DNA of 64,000 nt from an uncultured Bacteroidota bacterium. GTDB lineage: Bacteria; Bacteroidota; Bacteroidia; Flavobacteriales; Flavobacteriaceae. The translations under genes were made by a program, and so were the position numbers. The notes beneath the pieces are model-generated. The model had not been told where the DNA came from. It searched no databases and saw only the letters and a list, made by a program, of their open reading frames with translations. Location: NCBI GenBank assembly GCA_902595555.1, contig CACJQM010000005.1, positions 23,534 through 87,533 on the forward strand, given 5' to 3'. Shown here piece by piece: positions 1-10,454 of this stretch; the first letter of the stretch is position 1; every line of letters begins with the position of its first letter.

Positions 1-1073
1 TCTAATTGAAGACCATAATAATAATTACTGAAAATTAAAGATGTATTTGTAAATGTTTTCTCATTTATTAGATGATTCCAACGTAAATTTAAAGTACTAT
101 TTCCATATGTGTTAGAAAAGGTACCGTCAAGTTTAAATAGATCTCTACCAAAATAACCGGATAGGTATATTTTGTTTTTTTTATCAATTACAAAATTTGA
201 TTTGGTATTAAGATCGTAGAAATAAGCAATATTTTCTATATCTGTTAGCTTTAGAAACAAATGAGCATAAGTTCCCCTAGAAGCAACTAGAAATGAGCTC
301 TTATTTTTTTGTATTGGTCCCTCTGCAAGAAATCTACTTGATATTGCTCCAATACCTCCATTAAATGAAAAATTCTGATTATTACCATCCTTTTGATAAA
401 CATCTAAAACTGAAGATAACCTTCCTCCGTATGATGATGGAATTCCACCTTTAAATAATTTAACTTCTTTTATTGCATCGGAATTAAAAACAGAAAATAA
501 ACCAAACAGGTGGGAGGAGTTATAAATAATAGCCTCATCAAATAAAATTAAATTTTGGTCAGCTCCACCTCCTCTGACGTTAAAACCTGAGGCTCCCTCA
601 CCTGCACTTGAAACACCTGGAAGTAATTGGATTGTTTTTAGGATATCAGACTCTCCAAAAACAACCGGAGTTTGTCGAATAGTTTTTCCAGATAAAATGT
701 TTAGACTTAGTACTGGTAATTCTATATCTATTTCCTCATTATTCTCTGTTACAACTACTGCATCTAGAGATTCAATTTCTTCTTCCATGTAAAGATTCAA
801 TGAGATGTTTTTATTTAGATTTATCGTTTCGCTGTAATCTTTGTATCCAAGGCTTTGTAATCTTAACTTATATTCACCCTGCTTCAAAGTAATTGAATAA
901 AAACCATAACTATTAGTAACTGTTCCTGCCTGAAGTTCTTCAATAATAATACTTGCTCCAATAATTAGCTCATTACTCTTACTATCCAATACATAGCCAT
1001 TAATAGTGTAATCTTCCTGTGAATAAATAGCTACTAGATTTAGAAAAAAGATTAATGAAATGAATTTTTTCAC
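1..1073 (-). CDS. TonB-dependent outer-membrane receptor, N-terminal part (C-terminal part lies beyond the left window edge)
   Basis: Absent from the ORF track because it is edge-truncated. Manual minus-strand translation from GTG at 1073 gives MKKFISLIFFLNLVAIYSQEDYTINGYVLDSKSNELIIGASI... (signal peptide plus carboxypeptidase-regulatory-like domain). Plug-domain motifs follow: ...FGESDILKTIQLLPGVSSAGEGASGFNVRGGGADQNLILFDEAIIYN... The frame stays open to position 1. Confidence 0.8.
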   Translation of the reverse strand, partial: MKKFISLIFFLNLVAIYSQEDYTINGYVLDSKSNELIIGASIIIEELQAGTVTNSYGFYSITLKQGEYKLRLQSLGYKDYSETINLNKNISLNLYMEEEIESLDAVVVTENNEEIDIELPVLSLNILSGKTIRQTPVVFGESDILKTIQLLPGVSSAGEGASGFNVRGGGADQNLILFDEAIIYNSSHLFGLFSVFNSDAIKEVKLFKGGIPSSYGGRLSSVLDVYQKDGNNQNFSFNGGIGAISSRFLAEGPIQKNKSSFLVASRGTYAHLFLKLTDIENIAYFYDLNTKSNFVIDKKNKIYLSGYFGRDLFKLDGTFSNTYGNSTLNLRWNHLINEKTFTNTSLIFSNYYYGLQL

Positions 1074-1119
1074 TTAAGCAAATTAATTAAAAATTAACGA
1101 AATATTTTTGTACCTAATA

Positions 1120-2349
1120 CTATGATACTTTTGAATCAAGGTTTGTCTTGATTGCATTTAAAAACTCTTGAGTGTTTAAGTAATGCTGTCTTTTCAAATT
1201 ACTTCCATGTATTAGAAGAGCTAAATCTTTTGTCATCTTGCCAGATTCTACTGTTTCGATGCAAACTTTTTCCAATAGATTGCAAAAAATTAGCAGTTTA
1301 TCATTAGAATCCAATTCTGCTCTGTGAATTAATCCTCTTGTCCAAGCAAAAATTGAAGCAATTGGGTTAGTTGAGGTTTCTTTTCCTTTCTGATGTAACC
1401 TGTAATGTCTTGTTACTGTACCATGAGCAGCCTCAGCTTCCATAGTTTTGCCATCTGGTGTTAGTAAAGTTGAAGTCATAAGGCCTAAAGACCCAAAACC
1501 TTGCGCTACAGTATCAGATTGTACATCACCATCATAGTTTTTACATGCCCAAACGAAACCACCTTCCCATTTCATTGCTGCCGCTACCATGTCATCAATA
1601 AGTCTATGTTCATAAGTGATTCCAAGTTCATCAAACTTATCTTTAAATTCATTTTCAAAAACTTCGTGAAAAATATCCTTGAATCTTCCATCGTATGCTT
1701 TTAGAATGGTGTTTTTGGTTGACAAGTATAGTGGCCACTGTTTTGAAACTGCTCTATTCATACACGATCTCGCAAAACCATAAATAGACGAATCAATGTT
1801 ATACATACCCATTGCAATCCCATCCTCTTGAAAATTATATATTTCCCACGTCTTAACATCATCACCATTTTCTGGTGTAAATGTCATTGTTAGTTTACCT
1901 TTTCCATGAGTAACAAAATCAGTTGCTCTGTATTGATCTCCAAAAGCATGTCTTCCTATGCAGATTGGTTTAACCCATCCTTGAACATATCGTGGAATGT
2001 TTTTCATTATAATAGGTTCTCTAAAAACAGTTCCACCAATAATATTTCGTATTGTTCCGTTAGGAGATTTCCACATCTTTTTTAAAGTGTACTCCTTCAC
2101 CCTTTGCTCATCAGGTGTGATTGTAGCACATTTTATTCCTACATTATATTTTTTAATAGCATTAGCAGCATCAACAGTAACCTGATCGTCAGTAAAATCT
2201 CTGTTTTTAATACCTAAATCATAATATTTGATGTCAAGATCAATGTATGGAAGAATGAGTTTTTGTTTGATATAATCCCATATTATCCTTGTCATTTCAT
2301 CACCATCAAGCTCAACAACAGGGTTTTTGACTTTAATTTTGGACATCAA
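1120..2349 (-). CDS. icd: NADP-dependent isocitrate dehydrogenase, eukaryote-like (type II homodimeric) form
   Basis: 409 aa. Motifs [29 protein letters not shown] and [16 protein letters not shown] are typical of IDH1/IDH2-like enzymes. Confidence 0.95.
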   Translation of the reverse strand: MMSKIKVKNPVVELDGDEMTRIIWDYIKQKLILPYIDLDIKYYDLGIKNRDFTDDQVTVDAANAIKKYNVGIKCATITPDEQRVKEYTLKKMWKSPNGTIRNIIGGTVFREPIIMKNIPRYVQGWVKPICIGRHAFGDQYRATDFVTHGKGKLTMTFTPENGDDVKTWEIYNFQEDGIAMGMYNIDSSIYGFARSCMNRAVSKQWPLYLSTKNTILKAYDGRFKDIFHEVFENEFKDKFDELGITYEHRLIDDMVAAAMKWEGGFVWACKNYDGDVQSDTVAQGFGSLGLMTSTLLTPDGKTMEAEAAHGTVTRHYRLHQKGKETSTNPIASIFAWTRGLIHRAELDSNDKLLIFCNLLEKVCIETVESGKMTKDLALLIHGSNLKRQHYLNTQEFLNAIKTNLDSKVS

Positions 2350-2351
2350 GA

Positions 2352-2702
2352 TTATTTTTTAACTTCTTTGATTCTAGCTTTTTTACCTCTTAATTCTTTG
2401 AAATAATAAATTCGGGATCTTCTTACTTTCCCTTTTTTATTAACCTCAATCTTTTTAATTGTAGGAAGATTAAATGGAAAAATTCTTTCAATACCTACGG
2501 TACCTGACATTTTTCTTATTGTAAATGTTTTTGTTTTTCCTGTTCCTTTTATTTGAATTACAACTCCTTTGAAAAACTGAGTTCTTGATTTTTCACCTTC
2601 TTTAATTTCGTAGTAAACTGTGATGGTATCACCAGATTTAAACTCTGGATAATCATTTTGAGTTATAAATTCGTCTTGAACGTATTTTAGTAAAGACTTC
2701 AT
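2352..2702 (-). CDS. rplS: 50S ribosomal protein L19
   Basis: 116 aa. L19-like [33 protein letters not shown]...GIERIFP. Lies downstream of trmD, as in the classical trmD operon. Confidence 0.95.
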   Translation of the reverse strand: MKSLLKYVQDEFITQNDYPEFKSGDTITVYYEIKEGEKSRTQFFKGVVIQIKGTGKTKTFTIRKMSGTVGIERIFPFNLPTIKKIEVNKKGKVRRSRIYYFKELRGKKARIKEVKK

Positions 2703-2806
2703 TTTATTTTAATTTTAAAAATGACCAACATTCGTAGATACCAGAGGTTAATCAAGCGGTGGCAAACTTACATATTTTATAGTTAAAAAAAAATTATTTA
2801 TAAGTA

Positions 2807-3472
2807 TTAAGGCTTAATTACCTTTGTTTTTTCATCAGATTTTTTTTCTCTCCACTCTTTTACTTTTTTTGGGTCACCAGAAAGAAGTATCTCCGGAACT
2901 TTTAAATTTTTGTATTTAGATGGTCTGGTGTAAACCGGTGGTGCAATCAACCCGTCTTGAAAAGAATCTTCAAGTGCGGAAGTTTCATCATTTAAAACAC
3001 CTGGAATCAATCTTATAATCGAATCACATAAAACAGCAGCCGGAAGCTCACCTCCTGAAAGAACATAATCTCCAATTGAAAGTTCCATAGTTACCAAGTT
3101 GTCTCTTACTCTTTGATCAATACCTTTATAATGACCACATAGGATAATTAGATTTCCAGAGATTGATAATTTATTTGAAATTTTTTGAGTTAATTTTTTT
3201 GCATCTGGTGTCATAAAAATAACTTCAGAATAATCATTAGACTTCTTAAGATGTGAGATACAGTTATCTATTGGTTCAATCATCAAGACCATGCCAGATC
3301 CACCACCATATTGGTAATCATCAATTTGTTTTTTATTATTGTTCGAAAAATCTTTTAAATCGTGAATATTAATTTGAACAATTCCCTTTTCAATAGCTCT
3401 GCTCATTATTGATCCTGAAAATGGACTTTTTAAAAGTTCAGGTGTCGCACTTATAATATCAATGATTTTCAT
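2807..3472 (-). CDS. trmD: tRNA (guanine37-N1)-methyltransferase
   Basis: 221 aa. SPOUT/TrmD pattern MKIIDIISATPELL..., GHYKGIDQRV, SIGDYVLSGGELPAAVLCDSIIRLIPGVL. Confidence 0.95.
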   Translation of the reverse strand: MKIIDIISATPELLKSPFSGSIMSRAIEKGIVQINIHDLKDFSNNNKKQIDDYQYGGGSGMVLMIEPIDNCISHLKKSNDYSEVIFMTPDAKKLTQKISNKLSISGNLIILCGHYKGIDQRVRDNLVTMELSIGDYVLSGGELPAAVLCDSIIRLIPGVLNDETSALEDSFQDGLIAPPVYTRPSKYKNLKVPEILLSGDPKKVKEWREKKSDEKTKVIKP

Positions 3473-3477
3473 TAATA

Positions 3478-4872
3478 TTAATCAAAAATAAGTTTCTCCT
3501 TTTCTCCATTCAAATCAACAAAAGTTATCTGAAAAATATCGGCTCTTTCGAATGATTTTAATTCAGATGTATTAGAAATTTGAGTGTTATTTATTTCGGT
3601 CAAAATATAACCTGATCTGATACCCATCCTAAAAAGTGTTCCATTTCTATTGATTACAACTTTTACACCATTTTCAGTATTTAGTTCGTCTAGTTCACTT
3701 TCGCTTGCATCTTTAAGTTGCATTCCATAGAATTGAACGTATGTGCTTCTTTTTAACTGCACACCAACATTAAGAGATTTATTATTTCTAAAAATTTTAA
3801 CATTTAATTTATCACCTGGTCTCTTAGAATTTAAATATCCTGAGAGATCAGCGAATTTATTTATTTTGACATTATCAATTTGTTGAATTATGTCACCTTT
3901 TCGAATTCCAGCGATGTGAGCACCCATATTTGGATCTGTGTCATTTATGTAAAACCCTTCTGTAATATCAATTCCTAACTCATTAGAATTTTGAGAATTC
4001 AAACTTTGTCCTGTTACGCCAAGCAATCCTCTTTGAACATCTCCAAATTCAAGAATATCCTCATATATTTTTCTAGCTATGTTACTAGGCACAGCAAATG
4101 AATAACCAATAAAACCTGCATTTGTACTTTGAATTGCAGTATTTATACCAATTAAATCACCATTAATATTAACAAGTGCTCCACCACTATTACCACTATT
4201 AACAGCTGCATCTGTTTGTATGAAGGATTGGTTTTTGGAATCGTAATCATTTAGATCTCTTGATTTTGCACTTATGATACCAGCTGTAACTGTAGATGTT
4301 AGGTTAAATGGATTGCCTACAGCCAAAACCCATTCTCCAATTTTAGTTTGGTCAGAGTCAGCAAATCTAATGTAGGGAAATCTACTTTCACCGTTAATTT
4401 TCAGTACAGCTATATCAGAATTTTGATCTGTTCCAATCAACTCGGCATCAAAAGATTTATTATCATTTGTGGTAACCTCAATTTGAGTTGCATTTTCAAT
4501 AACATGATTGTTTGTAATTATGTAGCCGTCACTAGAAACAATTACACCAGATCCGGTTCCAATCGTTGTTCGGTCATCAGAGTTACCGTAAAATAAGTCC
4601 CACAGACTATTAGAATTTTTAGCTTTAGCAGTATTTTTGACATGTACTACACTGTTAATAGTTTTCTCAGCAGCAACAGTAAAATCTGGATTTCTTACTA
4701 TAAAATTTCTGCTTTGCGGAGCTTGATTATTAATGGTTTCTGAACTTAAAATTGTATTTAAAACATTAGAATTTGGTTCAGACTCATTATTTCTTTCTGA
4801 AAAAACAAAAACAGCTAATACAATCATTAGTACTGGTATAGTGATATTGTATATAAGCTTTATATTCTTCAT
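3478..4872 (-). CDS. htrA: Do/HtrA-family periplasmic serine endopeptidase with PDZ region
   Basis: 464 aa. N-terminal membrane anchor. Trypsin-like triad contexts TNNHV, DIAVLK and GNSGGALVN. C-terminal PDZ-like segment GIRKGDIIQQIDNVKI. Confidence 0.9.
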   Translation of the reverse strand: MKNIKLIYNITIPVLMIVLAVFVFSERNNESEPNSNVLNTILSSETINNQAPQSRNFIVRNPDFTVAAEKTINSVVHVKNTAKAKNSNSLWDLFYGNSDDRTTIGTGSGVIVSSDGYIITNNHVIENATQIEVTTNDNKSFDAELIGTDQNSDIAVLKINGESRFPYIRFADSDQTKIGEWVLAVGNPFNLTSTVTAGIISAKSRDLNDYDSKNQSFIQTDAAVNSGNSGGALVNINGDLIGINTAIQSTNAGFIGYSFAVPSNIARKIYEDILEFGDVQRGLLGVTGQSLNSQNSNELGIDITEGFYINDTDPNMGAHIAGIRKGDIIQQIDNVKINKFADLSGYLNSKRPGDKLNVKIFRNNKSLNVGVQLKRSTYVQFYGMQLKDASESELDELNTENGVKVVINRNGTLFRMGIRSGYILTEINNTQISNTSELKSFERADIFQITFVDLNGEKEKLIFD

Positions 4873-4964
4873 AATTATTTTTTTATAAAATTAATTTTTT
4901 AAAATTTTCTTTTTTAATATTTAACTTCTTTTTAACACGATGAACTATATTTACATCTAGGATA

Positions 4965-5753
4965 ATGAATATATATTTTGATAAATACCATGGTTGCGGT
5001 AATGATTTTATTATTATAAATAATTTATCAAATACCTTTCCAAAAACATCTATTGATACAATAAAAAATCTTTGTGATAGAAATTTAGGAATTGGTGCAG
5101 ATGGATTGATTTTAATTAATGAATGTAAAAGCCAACCTTTTGAAATGGTTTATTACAATTCAGATGGTAAAATTAGTACAATGTGTGGCAATGGTGGAAG
5201 GTGTGCAATGCACTATTCATATCTTAATGGTATTTCAGCCAAAAAATCTAAATTTTTAGCATGTGATGGTATACATGATGCGGATGTATCAGGTAACTTT
5301 GTTAGAATTTCATTGAAAGATGTTAATAAATACAAGTTCATTAATGATGATATTTTTATTGATACGGGTTCTCCTCATCTTGTGAAAATTATAGAAGATG
5401 TTTCTAAAATTAATATTTTGGAAATATCTCGTAGTATTCAAAAATTGGAAGATTTTAAATCAGATGGTGTTAATGTTAATTATGTTTCAGTAATAAATGA
5501 AGACACAATTCAATTAAGAACATATGAAAGAGGAGTTGAGAATGAAACACTATCTTGTGGAACCGGAGCGGTAGCTGCAGCTCTTTCACTAAGTATAGTT
5601 TCAAAATCTAATTTGAAAAAAGTTTCAGTTAAAACACTCGGTGGTGATTTATTTGTTGAATTTAAGAATCATGATAATAATTTTTATGATATTTACTTGT
5701 CTGGAAAAGTAAAAAAAGTTTTTTCTGGTGAGATAAATTATGAAGAAAATTAA
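4965..5753 (+). CDS. dapF: diaminopimelate epimerase
   Basis: 262 aa. FDKYHGCGNDFIII, plus the two catalytic Cys contexts MCGNGGRC and SCGTGAVAAA. Confidence 0.92.
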   Translation: MNIYFDKYHGCGNDFIIINNLSNTFPKTSIDTIKNLCDRNLGIGADGLILINECKSQPFEMVYYNSDGKISTMCGNGGRCAMHYSYLNGISAKKSKFLACDGIHDADVSGNFVRISLKDVNKYKFINDDIFIDTGSPHLVKIIEDVSKINILEISRSIQKLEDFKSDGVNVNYVSVINEDTIQLRTYERGVENETLSCGTGAVAAALSLSIVSKSNLKKVSVKTLGGDLFVEFKNHDNNFYDIYLSGKVKKVFSGEINYEEN

Positions 5754-6774
5754 ATACCTAATATTAATTTTACTTTGTTGTGGGGCTATAATTTTTGTCT
5801 TTGAGTCATACAAGACATATTTCATGAAAAACACTTCTTTTTCATCTGAATCCGTTTACTTAAAGATCCCTTCAAATACTACAAAATCTCAATTGCTTGA
5901 TTCTCTATCTAATTATTTAATTGATCTTAGATCATTTGAAAAAGCCGCAAACAAGAAGGAATACCTGTTAAATATTAAAGCTGGAAGATTTTTAATAAAA
6001 AAAGATTATAGCAATAATGAAATTATTAACTCGTTAAGGTCTAATAACATACCAGTACAAGTAACCTTCAATAATATTGAAACTTTAAACAAGTTAGCTG
6101 GAACTATTTCTAAAAAAATTGAAGCTGATAGTGCCAGTATAGTCATGGCATTTAGTGAAACTAAATTTCTAAATGAGCTAAATCTCAACGAGGACTCGGT
6201 TTTCAGCTTATTTATTCCTAATACTTATGAATTTTTTTGGAATACTGATGCAATTGGATTCAGAGAAAGGGTTGTGAAAGAGTTTGATAACTTTTGGAAT
6301 GATAACAGAGTCGAAAAAGTTAAAAAAATAAATTTAAACCCTATTGAAGTAATGGTTTTAGCATCTATTGTTCAAAAAGAAACACCAAAAGTTGATGAAA
6401 GGCCAACTATAGCTGGGGTTTACCTGAACAGATTAAGAAAAAATATGAAATTACAAGCCGATCCTACTGTAGTTTACTCAATAAAACAAAAACAAGGGTT
6501 TGACAAAGTTATTAGAAGAGTTTTATATAAGGATTTAAGAATAAAATCTAAATATAATACATATTATGTTAAGGGATTACCACCTGGACCAATTGTAACA
6601 CCAGATATTTCTTCAATAGAGTCTGTTATAAATTATTCTTCAAATTCCTTCTTATTTTTTGTTGCTGATGTATCAAATCCGGGCTATCATTTGTTTTCAA
6701 GAACATTATCTGAGCACAACAAGAAAAAAAGACAATATACTAAGTGGTTAAGAGAGAGAAATATAAGAAGATAA
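5740..6774 (+). CDS. mltG: endolytic murein transglycosylase (YceG/MltG family)
   Basis: 344 aa. Single N-terminal TM helix. YceG-like core ...LASIVQKETPKVDERPTIAGVYLNRL...YNTYYVKGLPPGPI. Overlaps the dapF stop by 14 nt. Confidence 0.9.
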   Translation: MKKIKYLILILLCCGAIIFVFESYKTYFMKNTSFSSESVYLKIPSNTTKSQLLDSLSNYLIDLRSFEKAANKKEYLLNIKAGRFLIKKDYSNNEIINSLRSNNIPVQVTFNNIETLNKLAGTISKKIEADSASIVMAFSETKFLNELNLNEDSVFSLFIPNTYEFFWNTDAIGFRERVVKEFDNFWNDNRVEKVKKINLNPIEVMVLASIVQKETPKVDERPTIAGVYLNRLRKNMKLQADPTVVYSIKQKQGFDKVIRRVLYKDLRIKSKYNTYYVKGLPPGPIVTPDISSIESVINYSSNSFLFFVADVSNPGYHLFSRTLSEHNKKKRQYTKWLRERNIRR

Positions 6775-6854
6775 AGTACTGAAAATCAGATAATTATAAA
6801 AATACTTATGTTTGTGCTGTAAAAAGCTAAATTAAATTAGTTGCTTTTTAAGTA

Positions 6855-7463
6855 ATGTTTAATAATTTAAAACTTAGTTTTATTTTCTTTTTGACCGCTT
6901 TTTTTATAAGCAGTCCAGAGTCTCTAGCCCCTAAATTCGACAACATTGATTACTCAGTTAAATTAAATATTAATGCAAATATTTATGTGCCAGTACCTTT
7001 TACAGTCAAAGATTTTGTTGGTTTTAAAAACTTTTTAGGGTTTTTTGAATCAGGTTCTAATTACAAAAAAGTAAATAGATTTGGATACTTAGGTAAATAC
7101 CAATTTGGTAAAGGAACTTTAAAAATGTATGGTGTTAGAAATTTATCTGAATATAGGCTTAATCCCGAACTTCAAGAAAAAGTTTTTTTAATGAATGTCA
7201 TGAGAAATAAGTGGATTTTAAGAAGAGAAATCTCTTGGTATTCAAATAGATATTTAAACGGCACCTACATAAGTGAATCTGGAATTATAGCTGCTGCTCA
7301 TTTATCAGGGCCTGGAAATGTAAAAAAATTTTTGAGAAGTCATTGCAACCCTGATTTAGATAAAAGAGATGCAAATGGCACATCTATTTCCGATTACTTA
7401 AACATTTTTAAAGATTATGACTTGGAAAAGATCCCTGCCATCCAAAAGCCAAAAAGAAATTAA
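6855..7463 (+). CDS. secreted hypothetical protein, lysozyme/lytic-transglycosylase-like
   Basis: 202 aa with a signal-peptide-like N-terminus. GYLGKYQFGKGTL and IIAAAHLSGPGNVKKFL resemble the G-x-YQ and AHL-G motifs of lambda-lysozyme-like muramidase folds. The functional call is tentative. Confidence 0.5.
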   Translation: MFNNLKLSFIFFLTAFFISSPESLAPKFDNIDYSVKLNINANIYVPVPFTVKDFVGFKNFLGFFESGSNYKKVNRFGYLGKYQFGKGTLKMYGVRNLSEYRLNPELQEKVFLMNVMRNKWILRREISWYSNRYLNGTYISESGIIAAAHLSGPGNVKKFLRSHCNPDLDKRDANGTSISDYLNIFKDYDLEKIPAIQKPKRN

Positions 7464-8881
7464 TCTGAAAATTTCTTATTTAAATCTTCAACGTACTTTC
7501 TAAATTGTTTATCAGTGAAAGCAAGATTATCAACAGTCTTACAGGCATGTAGTACAGTTGCATGGTCTCTGTGACCAATTTTAGTTCCAATACTTGCCAA
7601 TGAAGCTTTGGTAAACTTTTTAGAGAAAAACATTGCAAGTTGTCTTGCTTGAACAATATGTCTTTTTCTTGTTTTTGATTGAAGAGTTGAAACATCCATT
7701 TGAAAATAGTCAGATACAACTTTTTGAATATGATCTATTGATATTTCCTTTTTTGTATTCTTTACAAATTTTTCAACAATAACCTTAGCTAAATCAATTG
7801 TAATATTTTTTCTATTGAATGATGATTGAGCCATTAATGAAATTATAGCACCCTCCAACTCTCTAACATTAGTTTTTATATACTTGGCAACATAAAAAAT
7901 AATTTCTTCATCCATTTCTACACCATCACGATCTAATTTATTTTTGATTATTGATACTCTGGTTTCATAATCAGGAGTTTGAAGCTCGGCTGATAACCCC
8001 CACTTGAATCGAGATAATAATCTTTGTTCGATTTCTTGCATATCCACAGGTGCTTTGTCAGAAGTAAGTACCAGCTGTTTACCATTTTGATGTAAGTGGT
8101 TAAAGATATGGAAAAAAACATCCTGAGTTCCAGACTTACCAGAGAAAAACTGTACATCATCAATTATCAAAACATCAATTAGTTGGTAAAAATGAATAAA
8201 ATCATTTCTGTTATTTTTTTTCACTGATTCAATATACTGTTGCGTGAATTTTTCTGCAGAAATATATAAAACTGTTTTGTCTGGAAATTTTTGTTTGATA
8301 TTAACACCAATGGCATTTGCGAGATGGGTTTTACCTAAACCAACTCCTCCAAATATTAATAAAGGATTAAATGAGGTTCCACCTGGTCGATTTGATACTG
8401 CATAACCTGCAGATCTGGCCAATCTATTGGAATCACCTTCTAAAAAATTATTAAAATTGTAATTTGGATTCAATTGAGAATCAATTTTTAAATTTTTAAT
8501 ACCTGGAATTATGAATGGATTGGTAAGTTCGGTTTTAAAATATGCCGAAGAGCTTTCAATTTTTTGTGACTCCATTTTTGGTTTATATTCACTTGGTATT
8601 TTTTCAGTAAAAGATTTAGTAGATCCGAATGAATTTTCCATTCTAATTACATAAACTAATTTGGCGTCTTTTCCTAGCTCTTTGGTAAGTGCCATTTTAA
8701 GTAATTTAACATAGTGTTCCTCCAACCACTCATAGAAAAATTTACTTGGTACTTGAATACTTAAGATATTGTCATCTAGTTTTACAGGCTGGATTGGTTC
8801 AAACCATGTTTTATAAGCTTGTTCCTGTATATTATCTTTTATAAATTCAAGACAATTATTCCATACAGGTTGTAAGCTCAT
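7460..8881 (-). CDS. dnaA: chromosomal replication initiator protein DnaA
   Basis: 473 aa. AAA+ Walker A GGVGLGKTHL. DnaA C-terminal DNA-binding signature ...IGHRDHATVLHACK. Confidence 0.97.
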   Translation of the reverse strand: MSLQPVWNNCLEFIKDNIQEQAYKTWFEPIQPVKLDDNILSIQVPSKFFYEWLEEHYVKLLKMALTKELGKDAKLVYVIRMENSFGSTKSFTEKIPSEYKPKMESQKIESSSAYFKTELTNPFIIPGIKNLKIDSQLNPNYNFNNFLEGDSNRLARSAGYAVSNRPGGTSFNPLLIFGGVGLGKTHLANAIGVNIKQKFPDKTVLYISAEKFTQQYIESVKKNNRNDFIHFYQLIDVLIIDDVQFFSGKSGTQDVFFHIFNHLHQNGKQLVLTSDKAPVDMQEIEQRLLSRFKWGLSAELQTPDYETRVSIIKNKLDRDGVEMDEEIIFYVAKYIKTNVRELEGAIISLMAQSSFNRKNITIDLAKVIVEKFVKNTKKEISIDHIQKVVSDYFQMDVSTLQSKTRKRHIVQARQLAMFFSKKFTKASLASIGTKIGHRDHATVLHACKTVDNLAFTDKQFRKYVEDLNKKFSD

Positions 8882-9045
8882 ACTTAATAAAATTTTTAAT
8901 TTGTTGTTACTAAACAGTTAAATCGGAGTGAGGATTCAATTGTTAATAAGTCAAACAAATATGTACATTTTTTTTAAAAAAAAAAATCATTTTAGTATTG
9001 AATTTTAAAAAAGTTTTTTTGATATTATAAGCTAACTGAAAATAG

Positions 9046-9456
9046 GTGAATTTAGATCAATTAAAATCCTTTAAAACTACTATAACCGCTAGGTATTCAG
9101 AGACCGACTCTATGTCTTATGTTCACCATAGTAACTATCTAAAATATTTTGAAATTGGTAGATTAGCTTGGTTCAAAAATGTTGGATTTTCTTATAAAAA
9201 ATTGGAAGAAGAAAACATTATCTTACCTGTTATTAGGACCAATATTACTTTCAGAAGACCAGCATTTTTTGAGGATGAATTGATATTAGAGACTACATTA
9301 ATTAAAGTGCCATCTTATTCCATAGAATTTGAATATAAAATTTTCAAGGAATCAGAATTAATAAATGAGGGTTACACCAAGTTGGTTTTTCTAAATAAAA
9401 AAACTAACAAACCAATTAGATGTCCAAAAAAAATAATTGATGCAATTATTAATTGA
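9046..9456 (+). CDS. YbgC/4HBT-family acyl-CoA thioesterase
   Basis: 136 aa with a GTG start. Hot-dog fold pattern ...RYSETDSMSYVHHSNYLKYFEIGR.... Confidence 0.8.
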   Translation: MNLDQLKSFKTTITARYSETDSMSYVHHSNYLKYFEIGRLAWFKNVGFSYKKLEEENIILPVIRTNITFRRPAFFEDELILETTLIKVPSYSIEFEYKIFKESELINEGYTKLVFLNKKTNKPIRCPKKIIDAIIN

Positions 9457-10411
9457 AATAAAATTGTATCGAGTCACCATCTATCATGATCTCCTTGATT
9501 AGTCTTGAATTTAAGACAGGTGATTTAGTTCCAGAGTTTAATTTATTTTTCGAAATAACCACTCTCGCTTCATCCCAACAGTTACTATTTATGAACATTT
9601 CAAGTGTTTTTTTCCCCCCTTCAATAATAATTGATTGAATATTTTTTTTAAAAAGAATATCATTTATTTCATTAACAGTCAAATGTTTTTTATTTGATAT
9701 AATTTCAAAATTATTATTATAAATTTTTTTGTTTTTGGTTAATATAAATCTCAGAGGGTCATTGCTGTCCCAATTCCTTGCATTTAGTATTGGGTTGTCA
9801 ATTTCATAGGTTTGCCCTCCAACTAAAATAGCATGTTCTTTACTTCTCCACTTGTGTGAGAGTTGTCTACTAAATTTATTTGATATCCAAAAGGGCCTGC
9901 CACTTTTATTTATAGACGGACTGATGAAACCATCAATTGTTTCAGCCCATTTTAAAATAATATATGGTCTCTTTTTTTGATGAAATGTAAAAAATCTTTT
10001 ATGTAAATCTTTACACTCTTTTTCCAAAATACCATATTCCACATTTACGTCATTGGATTTTAAAAAATTAATACCTCCTCCATTTACAAGTTCATTCGGA
10101 TCCTTACATCCAATAACAACGTTTTTAATTTTTTTATTGAAAATTGCATTACAGCATGGTGGAGTTTTACCAAAATGTGAACAAGGTTCAAGTGTAACAA
10201 ATAATGTTGATTTTTTTAAAATATCATTATCATTTATTTTATTTATCACGTTTATTTCAGCGTGGTTTTTTCCGTATTCACTTGTGAAGCTTTCAGATAT
10301 TATTTTACCATCATAAAAAAGTAAAGAACCAACATTGGGATTAGGGTAAGTTTTTCCCAACGCTTTTTCTCCTAAATTAATGCATCTTTGCATTAGTTTA
10401 TGATAGTTCAT
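9449..10411 (-). CDS. ribD: bifunctional riboflavin biosynthesis deaminase/reductase RibD
   Basis: 320 aa. Cytidine-deaminase zinc motifs HAEINVI and LEPCSHFGKTPPC, followed by a RibD C-terminal reductase domain. Confidence 0.92.
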   Translation of the reverse strand: MNYHKLMQRCINLGEKALGKTYPNPNVGSLLFYDGKIISESFTSEYGKNHAEINVINKINDNDILKKSTLFVTLEPCSHFGKTPPCCNAIFNKKIKNVVIGCKDPNELVNGGGINFLKSNDVNVEYGILEKECKDLHKRFFTFHQKKRPYIILKWAETIDGFISPSINKSGRPFWISNKFSRQLSHKWRSKEHAILVGGQTYEIDNPILNARNWDSNDPLRFILTKNKKIYNNNFEIISNKKHLTVNEINDILFKKNIQSIIIEGGKKTLEMFINSNCWDEARVVISKNKLNSGTKSPVLNSRLIKEIMIDGDSIQFYFN

Positions 10412-10454
10412 ATAAGTTTTTGAGTTATTTTATATCTAATCCTAATTTAATAAA

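Noticed and set aside
1103-1110. Exact TAnnTTTG box (TATTTTTG) on the plus strand between the TonB receptor gene and icd
   Set aside because: Both neighbouring genes are on the minus strand, so the box would only drive antisense transcription into icd. By my rough estimate, this 8-mer pattern is expected by chance about once per 1-2 kb per strand at this base composition.
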